DNA of 64,000 bases from Anolis carolinensis (lineage: Eukaryota). The notes under the pieces are model-generated. The model was not told the DNA's origin. It did not search any database and was given only the letters and a program-made list of their open reading frames with translations. This document shows positions 13,063 through 25,937 of this stretch, one piece after another. Every line of letters begins with the position of its first letter. Position 1 is the stretch's first letter. A program made the translations under genes and the position numbers. The stretch spans positions 179,537,574-179,601,573 of the forward strand of contig NC_085841.1 in NCBI RefSeq assembly GCF_035594765.1, in the 5' to 3' direction.

Positions 13063-14833
13063 GTAAACTGTATTGAAATGGATGACAGTGCATTGGCTTG
13101 GCTGTATTGGAAGTGTATTCAGAAGGAAAATATCATTGATGATTCTCAAAGCCACTGCAAAAAATCAATATGCCTTCACATTTATTCTTGTAGTATGCTA
13201 TGAAGTCCTTTCTAACTTTTGCTGGATCTAAGGGCAAACTAGCACATGTTTTTCTAAGGCAGATAGACTTCACCCAAGGTCACCCAAAGGGTTGCAATGG
13301 CTGAACAGACCTGGTCTCTGGAGTCTTAATCCAATGCTCAAACCACTACATCGCATATTATCTGGTTGTAATTCTAACTGCAATACTGCTCGAGGGACAT
13401 TGAAGCTCATCTTCATCATCCCTAAATAGAGGAATAAATACATAGTTACTAAAAAAACCTTTAAAATATCATCATCATCATCATTTAATTACTTATTAAT
13501 CGCCCTCCTTCCACGATGCTCCAGGTGATTTACAAGATAAAATTGTAAAGGATAAAAATACATACATAAAAATATTAATATGATAATTAGAAACATTAAA
13601 ACATCTTTAAAATACATATACAATTTAACAATGAATAGGATACAGATTACAATTATTTATTTGATTATTTTTTATCCCGCTTTTCCCCCATGGGTGGGAT
13701 TCAAAGCGGTGTACACAACTAAAACAGTAATTAGGATGAATTAATAATCTTGTGAGACCTTCGAGTGGAGAAAAAGAGTTTAGCCACAAAATCAGTCATT
13801 AAGTTGTTTAAATCAGTCAAGAAACTTCCAGGCACCATTCTGATGTCTTCACTGGGCATTTCCAGGGCAGCTTATTGTGTTCTTCAACTATGATGTCACC
13901 TAAAGCTTCAACTACTTAACCTCCCCAGGGATGTCAATAATCTCTATATGGGCTGAATGTGTCCTTCAAGTACTACAAAAGGAAGGCAATGAAAGTGAGC
14001 ACTAGAAAAGACATGGCAATACTCTGGTAGAATCGAATTATTATCTAGATAACGAACATGCTTGGAAAATTTAGGCTCAGCAGTCGCCAAGGAATCCTAT
14101 CAGGTCATGTCAGGTGTGTGATTCAGTTGGGAAATATTCTGATTCATAGCTAATTAGCCAATGAGGTATTGTGAAGTGCTAAAGAAATTGGTTGAGCACA
14201 GAATCACAGTCATTTGGGGGTGAAGAAAGAGCAACTCATGCGATGCCATTTTTTGTGGCACAGCAGAGCTTTCCGAAACTCTTTTCAAAGTCAGGTTCGC
14301 TTCCCCAAATGCATATTACAGGGCATGTGGTTGACTTCGTCATGTTTTGAACAAACAGCAGTTTTATGTCCATGAAAGGCCTTTCTTCCAATAGAAAGTG
14401 TACCAGATATTGGGGAAATGATTGGAACTGTACATATCCCAACTAGAAATGTGGCTCCTCGCCTAACAAAGGAAGTTGATGTTGGAAAAAAAATAATTAA
14501 GACATATTGTCAACTTCTCTGTTCCAGTACATTTGATTCTTTATAACCTTTATAAAAAGCATAATAACTCTAGGTAATGGCCATACCAATTAGAGATTTT
14601 GGGTTAGTATTTAATTTACATGAAAAACTGATAAGGGGAGGGAAAAGCAAATAAAGGGAGGAAGTAATAGCAGCTTATATAATTATTTATGTTATTACCC
14701 CCCTCTTGCTATAACAGGATAACTCAGGTTCAACTAGTATGATGGTCTGGCAGGAAGAAAAACAAAATGACCACTTCATTTACTGCTTAACAAGAATTTG
14801 AAATATGCTGCCTCAAGATAAAATAGTCTATGG

Positions 14834-14976
14834 CTGTGTTTCTCAACCTTTCAAATGCCGTGACCACTAAATATAGTTCCTCATGTTGTGGTGACCTCCA
14901 ACCATAAAATTATTTTCATTGCTACTTTATAACTGTAATTTTGCTATTTGTTATGGATATCTGATATGCAGGATGT
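14834..14976 (+). mobile_element. SPIN/URR1-like hAT non-autonomous fragment
   Basis: ..TTCTCAACCTT..AGTTCCTCATGTTGTGGTGACCTCCAACCATAAAATTATTTTCATTGCTACTTTATAACTGTAATTTTGCTA matches the recalled SPIN_NA/URR1 terminus. Confidence 0.75.
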
Positions 14977-15165
14977 ACTTGTAGTACCTTCAAACAATTC
15001 AGCTCTGATTTCCACAGACCACGGGGGTGCCATGTTGTTGTTGTTGTTGTTGTTATTAAGCAGAGACTGAATGGCCATTTGTTAGGAATGCTTTGATTGT
15101 GCTTTTCCCTTATGGCAGAAGAGGTTGGACTGGATGCCCCTTGGAAGTCTCTTCCTACTTTAGGA

Positions 15166-15187
15166 TTATTATTATTATTATTACTAT

Positions 15188-15225
<38 letters not shown>

Positions 15226-15228
15226 TTA
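15166..15228. repeat. Compound microsatellite (TTA)n(CTA)n after a short CR1 3' end (15057-15165)
   Basis: Directly visible. Confidence 0.9.
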
Positions 15229-15249
15229 AGCAGAGGCTGAATGGCATCT

Positions 15250-15598
15250 GGCATTATGACCATATATGGGCATTATGACAATATATGGGCATTAAAACCA
15301 TATATAGGCATTATGATAAAATATGGGCAATATGACAATATATGGGCTTTCGAACCATATATGGGCATTTTGACCAAATATGGTCATGATGCCCATATAT
15401 ATTATAATGCCCATATATGGGCGTTTTGACCATATCTGGGTGTTATGACCATATATAAGGGCTTTTTGACCATATATAAGGGCTTTTTGACCATATATAA
15501 GGGCGTTTGATCATATCTGCATGATTTGACCATATATGGGCGTTTTGACCATATATGGCATTATGACCATATATGATCATTTCGACCATATATGGGCC
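15250..15598. repeat. Minisatellite, ~19-21-bp unit GGGC(A/G)TT(A/T)TGACCATATAT
   Basis: Roughly 17 degenerate tandem units. Confidence 0.85.
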
Positions 15599-16623
15599 TT
15601 ACAGGAGATGGGAGACGGGCAAGGGAGGCCCCCTGGCATGAGGCGCAGCCAAAGGAGGTGGTGCCATAACCCCTCTGAAATGACGGAAGCAAGTAATTCT
15701 CTGAATCCAGAGAAATATCATAATATCCCTATCATCACTAAAATATAATGGTAACTGGGGGATGTTAGGCCAAGGGAATTGTGAGTCTGTTCTGTCTTTC
15801 GGTCTGAACTTGAAATGAGCTATCCAAAGTGCTGAGTAATACCAATTGAATATATTATCTTACTATCTTGGAAGCCATCAGTTGTCATTGCTGTGAAAGT
15901 GTTGCCAGACAAATAGTGAAGAATATTGAAGACCTTTGCCAATTTACTTGCATTGAAGCATTATTGATTGTACAAAGCAGCAACTGTGATCAAGTTGCTA
16001 TTCCAGTGGCTTTAGTGGAACTCAACGGACTTAGGCCAAACTAACGAAATAGAGCAAAGATGAAATCACTCACTCTAATATTTTGGAAATTTTTCTTAAT
16101 AACCGACAAGCATATTTTTACTTAAAACCACTGGTAAACATCCCAAGGCAGCCAGGAGTAATTAGATAAGATGACTCATCTTTATCACCACCCCTCCAGG
16201 AAGTAGAATGGAGAAGGAAATTAGGTTTGTGTGTCTGAGAAAGGAAACAAAGAGAAAGCCTGCATCCCGAGAGAGACCAGGAAACACAGGGAGGGATTGA
16301 CAGAGAGAAAGAACTGGATTTCAGGGGCCTCTGGGAGCAGAAAGTGTAAGAGGATGTTGGTATTTTAGTAAAATCCAATAGCAATTGGATTTTAATTGGT
16401 TATTAATAGGAGCTGGTTTTCTGTATAATATAATATTTATGTATAATATATTTTATTCCAGCACAACGTTTTATACTTTTTGATGTTTTGATGTTATAAT
16501 TTAATATTTTTATGGCTCCTTTTATTTTTGTATAACGATTTGTTGATATGTGTTTTTTTTTTGTTGCTATTATTACTATGTATCTTGTACTTTTGTTGTA
16601 AGCTGCCCCGAGACCTTTTTGGT

Positions 16624-16669
<46 letters not shown>

Positions 16670-16962
16670 GACACAGCAAACAAGATAGATATGCTGGATT
16701 TCATATCACAAAATCACAAGTCGAACACTTCCCAAGTGTCTAGGACTGTGTGATGTATTTTCGGATGATGTGTGCAGATCCCAGCAGGGTGGCCTTTTGC
16801 AGTTGGCAGATCGTAATTTTGTCAATGTCTATTGTTTCCAAATGCCGGCTGAGATCTTTTGGCATGGCACCCAGTGTGCCAATCACCACCGGGACCACCT
16901 GCACTGGTTTCTGCCAGAGTCTTTGAAGTTCAATCTTGAGGTCCTGATAGCGGCTGAGTTTG

Positions 16963-16963
<1 letters not shown>
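16670..16963 (-). mobile_element. 5'-truncated R4/Dong-clade non-LTR element inside (TAA)n
   Basis: Minus-strand KLSRYQDLKIELQRLW..VPVVIGTLG..QLQKATLLGSAHIIRKY* resembles an REL-endonuclease C-terminus. It is flanked on both sides by (TTA)n arrays. Confidence 0.8.
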
Positions 16964-17015
<52 letters not shown>

Positions 17016-17016
17016 G

Positions 17017-17151
17017 CAGAGTTTCTGAAACTTTGCTCCTCCATATGTGTTGGACTTCAACTCCTAACATTTCTAACAGGTGGTAATCTTGCTGGGATTT
17101 CTGGAAGCTGAAGTCCAAAACACCAGAAGGAGCAGAGTTTGGGAAACACTG
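17017..17151. mobile_element. ~135-bp hAT MITE
   Basis: Same family as 5001-5135 (CAGAGTTTCTGAAACT..AGTTTGGGAAACACTG). Confidence 0.7.
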
Positions 17152-17350
17152 ATATATAGGAACCTGAGACATGGGATTTGGCTGTCTTTTATAGAGTTTT
17201 GCTCAAACTATATATCTGGAAATAAATTGAAATATTGGGGAAATAAAATCTTACAGATTTCCACTGATGAACTTTCAGAGGAAACACACCTGTGGAGGAG
17301 TTGCACCCAGAAGCTTCTCATTATTTAGAGCTGTGGGGATGAACCCAATG

Positions 17351-17868
17351 ACAATTGGCTCTCCAAATTTGCTGGGGTTAAGGGCACATGAAAGTGGAAT
17401 GTTTCTATCATGTATTTTTTTTTTCTCTTGAGAGAAAATTTCTCTAGGATTCTTTAGATCCTCTAGTGAAGCTCTGTGCTCAACTTTCACAGAAGGTTGA
17501 TCACAGAATTATGCTGGAGGACCTAGTGATTCCAGAGGTGTTCTGTCTCAGGCCCCTTCCACACAGCTGGATAAAATCCAAAGTTATCTGCTTTGAACTG
17601 GAATATATGGCAGTGTGGGCTCAGATAACCCAGTTCAAAGCCGATATTGAGAGGTTTTCTGCCTTGATATTCTGGGTTATACAACTGCGTGGAAGGCTCC
17701 TACGGCTCTTTAGGTCTTTCAGCACATCTTTATGGCCAACCTCTGGTGAAAGCTGATCTTAGAATTGCATTGGAGAATTGAGAGATTTCTACAGAGACCA
17801 TATTAATGAAATCCACAAAATAATCAAATCTGCAATAAGTGAAACCGATACATGTGGAGGGTCAACTG
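17351..17868. mobile_element. Tigger/Tc1-like MITE with nested Harbinger-type MITE (17551-17700)
   Basis: Outer CAATTGGCTCTCC..GGAGGGTCAACTG|TA; inner GGCCCCTTCCACAC..GCGTGGAAGGCTCC. The inner family recurs at ~24406-24550, 45180-45262, 57050-57936, 58292-58421 and 60115-60260. Confidence 0.65.
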
Positions 17869-19102
17869 TACATGCTATCTATCCTTTGCAGGGTGAGGGA
17901 TGGAGGATTAAGCGTCTACCTAACCCACAGCCCTCCACAACCATTCTTCCTGAGCAGACCCCAATGCCCCTAATCTGCCCTGCAATGAGCGACACTGAGC
18001 CATCCCTACTACAATAAAGTCCATTTGCCTTTTCAGTCAGCTTCTTTTAATAGATGAGGTTGTGTATTCATGGCTTGTCCTTCACCTCAATCAGTAAAAT
18101 GTCTTGGGTATATGGAATAAGTTAATGGGTACTTATTGTAACCTACAAACAATAGAAAAGGAGTCAGTTTCTTTCTGATTTAATAGGAAATAGGCATTTT
18201 ATTGTTTCAGAAAGATATATTAAACTCCTGGTGATAGAATATCTATTTTGAAGATGGTGATTTAGCATGCGACACTGAGTTGCAACTAATCCTTTCCTCA
18301 GTTTGTAATCCAACATTATTTTCTACCTCTTGAACATTACAACAACCTTTTTTCATTTTGCAGTTTCAAAACGGTGAGAATCAAAATACAACATCTTCCC
18401 TTGTGAGAAGCAGAATAGACCCTCCTTCCCAATTACAATTGGCCTATTCTTGTGGAACAGTCTTTTGGAGTTGTATTTTATATGATATCATTTTTATAAC
18501 AGATAAAAATCATTCTCTAAAAGAAGACATACTTGTGGTCTGTAACATAAGAAACATAGTGCCGCGGGGCGGGGGGGGGGGGGGAGCCTTTCAAGATGCC
18601 TGAAATTTATTTCAAAGCATAACAACCACTGCTATGTAGTTCTGTTCTGAAAATAGCTTCATAAAAACAGAGACACTTTGTATTTATCTCCTTCTACTTC
18701 TTCTTTTTGTACTGAGTGCATTTATGTAAGACGATTCTCATCCACTATCTTATAGTGGCTCCAAATTACAGCTCCAATTATGCTGTTATTTATCTGAGAG
18801 TAAAATTTATTTTGCAAAACCCTTTAAAGAACTATGCTATATTATTCTTAGATATGTTCATAGATACATGCATAACATTATGTTCATAGATACATGCATT
18901 CATTAAGAAGTATGCAGAGTTATATTTATATCTGCTTTTTTCAAAGGATTTAAGAACACCCATATTTTTAGTTAGTGGTGTATCATACAAGGAGAAGGTG
19001 AACAACAATCAGTCCCACACTCCCATATCCAATCTAAGAGGAAAATAAAGCATGCTAATCTTCTTTGTAAACAATATTTGTAAACAATATACAAATTGTT
19101 GT

Positions 19103-19594
19103 GGGGGGCCGGGCTGTGGGGGGCCGGGCTGTGGCGCAGCTGTTGAGCAGCTGCCTTAAATCACTCTGACCATGAGGTCATGAGTTTGAGGCCAGCCCGT
19201 GGCGGGGTGAGCACCCGTCAATTAAAAATAAAAAATAGCCCCTGCTCGTTGCTGACCTAGCAACCCGAAAGATAGTTGCATCTATCAAGTAGGAGATAAG
19301 ATACCACTTATAAAGTGGGGAGGCAAGATTAACTAATTTACGACCTGGAATGAGGAAGTGCCGTCAGTGTGGATGATGAAGCAGCTGCTCCCCCCTGTGG
19401 CCAGAATCGAACATCCCCTCAGAAGAAGGTTAACTTGCCTCTGCGTGTGTCTCTCAGTCTCTGTTTGATGTGTTTATGGGCATTGAATGTTTGCCCTATG
19501 TGTGTTATAATGTGATCCGCCCTGAGTCCCCTTCGGGGTGAGAAGGGCGGAATATAAATACTGCAAATAAATAAATAAATAAATAAATAAATAA
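19103..19594 (+). mobile_element. Full-length tRNA-derived SINE with L2-type tail (Anolis SINE2-like)
   Basis: Head GGGCCGGGCTGTGGCGCAGC with A/B-box-like motifs; 3' CCGCCCTGAGTCCCCTTCGGGGTGAGAAGGGCGG stem and (TAAA)n tail. Confidence 0.8.
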
Positions 19595-20006
19595 GTAGGT
19601 TTCTTCACATCCCATGGTGATAGGCTCTGTAACATGGAAGGAGGAGAGATAATAAGCCCAAATTAGAAAATGGAGGATACCACATCCAAACTATCTACAG
19701 ACTGATGCGGGAAGAGAGTATTGGGAAAACCAGGAATCACTTTTGGAAGCATTACCCTTTTGGAGAATAATTGATATGAAATGCATGTCCTTGTTAGAGA
19801 TCATAACCTTTTATAAAGTATGATCTTCCTGAGAAGAGTTAAAAACTCACTTGAGTCAATCTTCTCCTCAGTGGTAAATATCCACTTGTATTAATGCAAG
19901 GCAGTCTAGGTTTCTCAGCTGTTAGATTGAAATCCCTGATTATCTCTTTGAACTGTTAGGAACAAAGATATGCCAATGCACAAAATATATAGCAGATCTT
20001 CAGAAG

Positions 20007-20558
20007 TGTTACTTCAATTGCCCCATAATATATCTACTCTCCCATAAAATATATTGCTTTAAAATCATGCTCTCAAGAGACCAAAAAATAAGTAGTCTTC
20101 GTTAAAAGTTAACGTAGTTGATTTACTTACAAACTTAATGTATTTAGCATACAGGTACATTGCTTGTTGCTTTCATGTAAACTGAATAATATATCAACTG
20201 TACTACACTGTACTATACTTCAACTGACTGTACTATACTTGCAAACAGACTCCTATATTAACTGGCACCTCACTGCAGCATACTGACTATACTCCTGCTC
20301 TAACTGACATCAACAGACTCAACTGACTTCTAACTCAAACTGACTCAAACCTCAACTGACTTCTAACTGACTTAACTGACTTCAACTGACTTCTGATTCA
20401 AACAGATTCTAAAATGGAGTCTTACTCTGAACATTCTGAGATCAGGGTCACATGGTCTGTAGTCCCTCCCACAACCTCCAACAACATAGAGTTAAGGGAA
20501 AACTGCATACCAATATATAAATACAATACAGCAAGCAGTCTCAATTATATACGTAACA
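20007..20558 (-). mobile_element. Candidate solo LTR
   Basis: TGTTAC..GTAACA termini, ~550 bp, internal (AACTGACT)n low-complexity repeats; flanks only imperfectly duplicated (CAGAAG/AAGAAC). Confidence 0.45.
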
Positions 20559-21306
20559 AAGAACTAGTATAGGAGGTTTGTAGAAGGTTACTATTTCCAA
20601 CAGAGAGGAGATGTGGCTAAGAGCAAGAAACAGAAAATGATGAGAATACATATTGTGCGTAAACTCTTAGGGCCCTTCTGCATGCAGTAAAACCCGGAAG
20701 GAACAAGGATAAAAGTGGGGGGTGACTAAATGACATTTGGGGAAAGTATGGGTGAAATTCATGATAATACAGAGTTATCATAAGAAGAAGAAAGTGGAGA
20801 AGGAGAATAATTATTGTTGCTGCTACTGTTGTTGTTAATTGCTACCTGCCTCTCCAATATGGCTCAAAGCAGGAGACAATATAGACAAACAGACAAATAC
20901 TATTAAAATGCATCTGAATTCCATTTCAATTTGTTTTCCTTCATCCAACCTATTGCTTCCTCCAGGCATTTTTGAAGTCATAAAGAAATATATGTTTGAA
21001 AAGTATATGCTTGAAAAGTAATATTTCTATAAATATACACCTTGTTTGAGCCAGGTGGGAGATTCATTTTAATGAACAAAAATGAATAATATATGGGGCC
21101 TTTTAAGTGTGGAAGGGTGCATGTTATGATTCCACTTTAACTGCCATGGATACATTCTAATGAATCCTGGAATTCCAAAAGCCCTGTCCTCAATGAACAA
21201 TCCCAGGATTCCATTGGAGGTTGCCATAGCACTTAAAGCAGAATCAGAGTGCTATTACTATGCAGTATGAAAGGTCCCGTCATATGGATGAACCTATCAT
21301 CTAAAT

Positions 21307-21441
21307 CAGTGGTTCTCAACCTGGGGTCCCCAGAAGTTTTTGGCTACAACTCGTAGAAATCCCACCCAGTTTACTAGCTGTTATGATTTCTGGGAGTTGA
21401 AGGCCAAAAACATCTGGGGACCCACAGGATGAGAACCACTG
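21307..21441. mobile_element. ~135-bp hAT MITE
   Basis: TIR CAGTGGTTCTCA / TGAGAACCACTG; perfect TSD ATCTAAAT. Confidence 0.88.
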
Positions 21442-21541
21442 ATCTAAATTTTGATGATTTTCCCCATTAACAAAAATGAAAAGAAACATTTTTTTAAAAA
21501 AATAAAAACTTTCCCCTATTTTTTTGGTTTCTCCAACACAG

Positions 21542-21647
21542 GTGTGGTACAATCCTGAAGGTTACCACAGTCTCCCAGCATACCTGAACAGTTTGAATAA
21601 CATCATACTCCGTGCTAACTTGCCAAAAGAGAAGTCTTTTGAATACG
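21542..21647 (+). CDS. ABCA12: ABCA12 exon (ECD2)
   Basis: acacag|GTG..TACG|gtaggt; [35 protein letters not shown]; 106 nt. Confidence 0.95.
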
Positions 21648-24217
21648 GTAGGTGCTCAACAGACCTTGGCAGTGTCATTTGCAGCTACAGGTTGAGAGGC
21701 TTTTGTTTTCAGCCGTGCCTAATACGCTGTGACACAGTGAAGCACAACACTTTTATTTCTTCCCATTAAGCATGATCAGTGTAAAACTGTAGAATGGCTG
21801 ATCCAATTCTTAGACTTTCAGGGCATCAATTACACTTTTCCTCTTCATGCTCCTGGTTCTGTTCTCTGCAGCCAGAGACAAAACTAATTAGCAAACATTC
21901 CTTTAAAAATCAAATACAACAATCAAGCGAGAATTACTTTCTGGCTTCTCATTCAAATGCGTCCCAGCACTCGGGAGCCAGGAAATGCAACATACTGTAA
22001 ATCTAGACAGGACAGACTTCTTGAAACTTGGTTGGAGGCAGAATTGATGGAACTTTTTCCAATGAACCTTTCCAGCAGCCAAGGCCATTTGTTGCTTTGA
22101 CAAATAAATGACAGCTTAAGAACCAGTGAAATGGCCAGATAAAAGGTTTGCTGTCATTTTCACAATTTGAAATAGGTGGCAATCCTGCTTTTGAGGTTTG
22201 ACTTAGGCTTGGTGTATTTAAAGAGGCACATAAAAAGAACTTTTTATGCTGTCACTAAGCAAATCATAATGGCTTTCGACTTATGTATATTGTGCAGCCT
22301 CGTCTTCCAAGTCTTGAAAAATATGTATTGAAATGGAAATTTTGACTTCTAGCCTAAGCTGCAGTAAAGAGAAAATGGTTTTACAGAGAAGGAGCATTAA
22401 CAGCTTAGTCAAACTGTATCTCCTTTATTTCTGATAGATGGAAAATGCTTTCTAGTTATTGTACCTCATTCATATAAAATAAGGAGGGAGGAAGCCTGAT
22501 AAGTAGATGGGTTTTGTTTGTTTACAATCAGCTGTGAGCAACACCTCTCACTTCCATCATTTTCAATGTCACTCCTTCCATATACGTATTATTAAAACCT
22601 AATATTAGATTGACATCCTAGTTCCAAAGATCTTCTCAAGAAGAGAAAACAAAAAGCCTAACGGGGAAATGGAAAAAAATTGTCAGCCAAGATTGGTGCC
22701 ATGAATAAAACATAAAGAAACAGAGATGGAAAAGTTTGTTCTTTCTTCTACAAAAAAGTTGGAACATAATTTATTACCATTTTGGATGCTTTCATTAAAA
22801 AAACACATTAAGAAATAATAACAGAATGTAATATGTGAAAAATTCAAGAAAAATGCCTATACAAATGCCTGTTTATAACTAAGACAGCAGCTAGGACATG
22901 TTATTCACTACACCAACAGAATTAATGTTAGTCTCACTCCTTACCTATAACTACAATATGTTGTTATTGTTATATAATGTAATTGGAACTCTTTCCTTCC
23001 AAGTTGCAATAATCAATAGAAAGATTTTGAAGTATTTAACACTAATATATGTGCCCCCCCCTCATTTTTATAGTTTCTATTATTGGTATAAACTCAAACA
23101 GTAAACTAAGTTTCTAACCTCCTGTTCCTTCCCTCCCTATATTATTTTTTTCATGATTGCAAGCACTGGATCTCTCCACACGGGCTGAAATTTGGTGGTG
23201 GTGACAGGTTTTTTGTTTTGTTTTTTTGTTTTGGCATTTGTATCATGGAGCTTGATGGCTTCCATCACACCCTGGATGAGTACTTTTGGGGTGGCACCAT
23301 GGTGAAATTGGCACAAAAACCCTGCTACCACTCCAAAATAGCAGGGACGCTTCCTGTCTTTTCATTTGGAAAGATGGATTGAGCCAGCTTAAAAAGGCTC
23401 CCCCCCCCCCCCCCCCGTATGCTGAGATTGGGAAAAGCGCAGGCACTGTCAGGATCACCGGGATCGCCACAATCCGCAGTGATACTCGGCAATTCCGGTG
23501 GTGCTCAAGAAGAGGTCCTTCCTCTATTCCTAGAGATTGCAATCCATGCAATACTGTAGCATTTGGGCTTGTTGGCATTTTTGGAAATCAGTGATGTCCC
23601 TGGAATTAGATTTGAGGGGTTCACACAACTGAGTGAAGTTGGCAGACATTAACCACAACTTCCTTGATTATTTATCAGTGTTTGGGGCCACTTTGGTGGC
23701 TCTAAGGTGTTTTTTAAAAGTAGATGAACATTTAACCATTATGCATCAAAATTTGAAAATGTGATTATGCCACTTTGTTATGCCACTTTGCTTCTCAGAA
23801 GCTTGGGGGAGGGGGAGTTAGGTTGATAATGCCTTTTCATACTAAGCAATTATGGCATTATGATTCCACTTTAACTATATCCTGGGATTTGTAGTTTGTC
23901 TGCAAACACCAAAAAGCCCCATGTTTGAAGGTTGCAAAGGCCCGTTCCTCAGCTGCTATTTCTAGGATTCCACAGGATTCAACTATGATGGTTAAAGTAC
24001 AATTGTAATAGTGTAATTGTATAGTGTGAAAGGCTTTCAGATCTATCCATTTATGTTTTGCTTTGAATGAAATAGCATGGTGCTTATCAGTCTTCCATTT
24101 ACTTCTTTGCTCTTGGACTTTGCACTTTTAGTCAGAATTGATTAAAAAATCCTTAAACGTGCCGTTGTTCATAGAAAATCCTTAAATTTGCTGTTGCTGT
24201 TGTTGTTTTTGTTGTAG

Positions 24218-24272
24218 GCATTTCTGTCGTTGCACATCCTTATCCTGGTGGAGAGAGCCAAGAACAAGTCAT
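24218..24272 (+). CDS. ABCA12: ABCA12 short exon
   Basis: ttgtag|GC..CAT|gtaaga; ISVVAHPYPGGESQEQV; 55 nt, phases fit both neighbours. Confidence 0.92.
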
Positions 24273-25427
24273 GTAAGATTTTGGATTTCTAAGGGATGTG
24301 GAAAACTCTCACAATTTTTTTCTCACTCAGTTTCCTGAGTATGGTCAAAACTGGAGTTCTCATTCTTTTTGAAAACTGATGCAGGAAGAAAAACAATCCA
24401 CAAAGGTTCCTTCCATACTGCCATATAAAATCCAGATAATCTGCTTTGAACTGGATTATATGATTGTGTAGACTCATAATTCAGTTCTAAGCAGATAATG
24501 TGGATTATCTCCTTTGATAATATGAAGTATATGGCAATGTAGAAAGGGCCAATGTATCCACAGTTTTGCAGAGACTTTTCCCCTTCTAGCCCAAAGCAGC
24601 ATCACGTTTTGGATTTCTATTAAGATTAAGAAATTTGGAAAATTGAGAAAGGGGAGTTGCAGAAGTTTGAAGGTTAGTGGTCAAATTTCTGTTTTTTCTG
24701 CACCATCTCCCAGCTCCATGTCTTTCACAGAAATCTTGACCAGAGGTGGTAAAAAGACACTTCAAGTCCTGCCTCAAGCCTCTTCCCTGGTAGTTTGATA
24801 GCTAAAATGTCTTTTCAAAGCCTCTAGTCAGGATTTCTGTGAAATAGTGACTAGAGGCTGTGAAAATATATTTAAGTTTCCTCTTCCAAGTGCTCTTTCA
24901 CAGCTGAACCATCTTTTCACAGCTGAACCATCAGTGTTGGGGCTTGGAGGGACAGAAGTTGTAGGAAAAAAAGAAACTGGACAGACAGCTGCCAAACATC
25001 TGTACCTTCTTCCCCCTGAAACTTCCATCGACAACTCTTCCTCGTCATTATTTCACAGAAGTCTTGTCTAGAGGCTGCAGCTCTCAAACAAAAAACTGTC
25101 AAACATGACTTTGGTGTTGGGTGAGAGGAAGGAGGGAAAGGGTGGAAAAACAGTATCCCATACATAGCTGTAAAAGCTTTGCACTTTTCAGTGAAAGCTG
25201 TGCAGCTTCTGTCAACTTGGCATCCCACACCTCCCAACAGCATAAGAATTCAAACAGATTATTTTCCCCAACATTGGAATGAGGAAAAATGTGAATTCCA
25301 TCCCTAGCTGTTCATCATATATACAATAACAAATAGTTTAAGATTTTATTATCATGCTGCTTCTTTCATAAGTATCTGTCCTGATGTTGACATATTTGAG
25401 AAATTTTGTGTATCTAACAATACATAA

Positions 25428-25742
25428 CACTATGTAACAAAATTTGGGGGAAAAAACCTGTTCCTGGCTTGAAAGTATTATTTCCTGTTTGATTGTGCAG
25501 TGCTTATTTTGAAAGTAGTTGTTATACTCCAGGGACATAGTTTTTGTGGTTGCCACGAACTATATTGAATAGGTTGAGACTCTATGAGATATTCATTGAA
25601 AAACTATAGCAAAATGTGCTGCAGGATGTCCTGCAGGAACAAAGTTTTTGCAGTTTAATACACTTTTTTCATGTTTTTATGATAGAATCAATCAGGAAAT
25701 AGCATTTATAACCCAGTAACAAAAAAATTACATTACATAGTG
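25428..25742. mobile_element. Tc1/mariner-type MITE
   Basis: CACTATGTAA..TTACATAGTG|TA termini. Confidence 0.6.
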
Positions 25743-25884
25743 TAATGTCCCTTTGACACAGTCCTAAGAAAAACTTTCTTAGTAACTGCTCCAGACCCAG
25801 GAACATTGGAAAGCTCATGTGGCAGCTTTATTGGTAGTCTTCCTGTAAAACATTCCTGTTCAAATGGATATTTGGTTGGACCTG

Positions 25885-25937
<53 letters not shown>
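25885..25937. repeat. (TTA)n microsatellite, tail of a minus-strand L2/SINE 3' end
   Basis: Directly visible. Confidence 0.9.

Noticed and set aside
15250-15598. CRISPR-like array
   Set aside because: Contiguous degenerate tandem units with no unique spacers, in a vertebrate intron.
15600-16390. Possible LTR or unique regulatory block
   Set aside because: I could not find TG..CA termini with a TSD or any coding similarity; left unannotated.
19120-19200. tRNA gene
   Set aside because: The A/B-box-like motifs belong to a SINE head and there is no cloverleaf.
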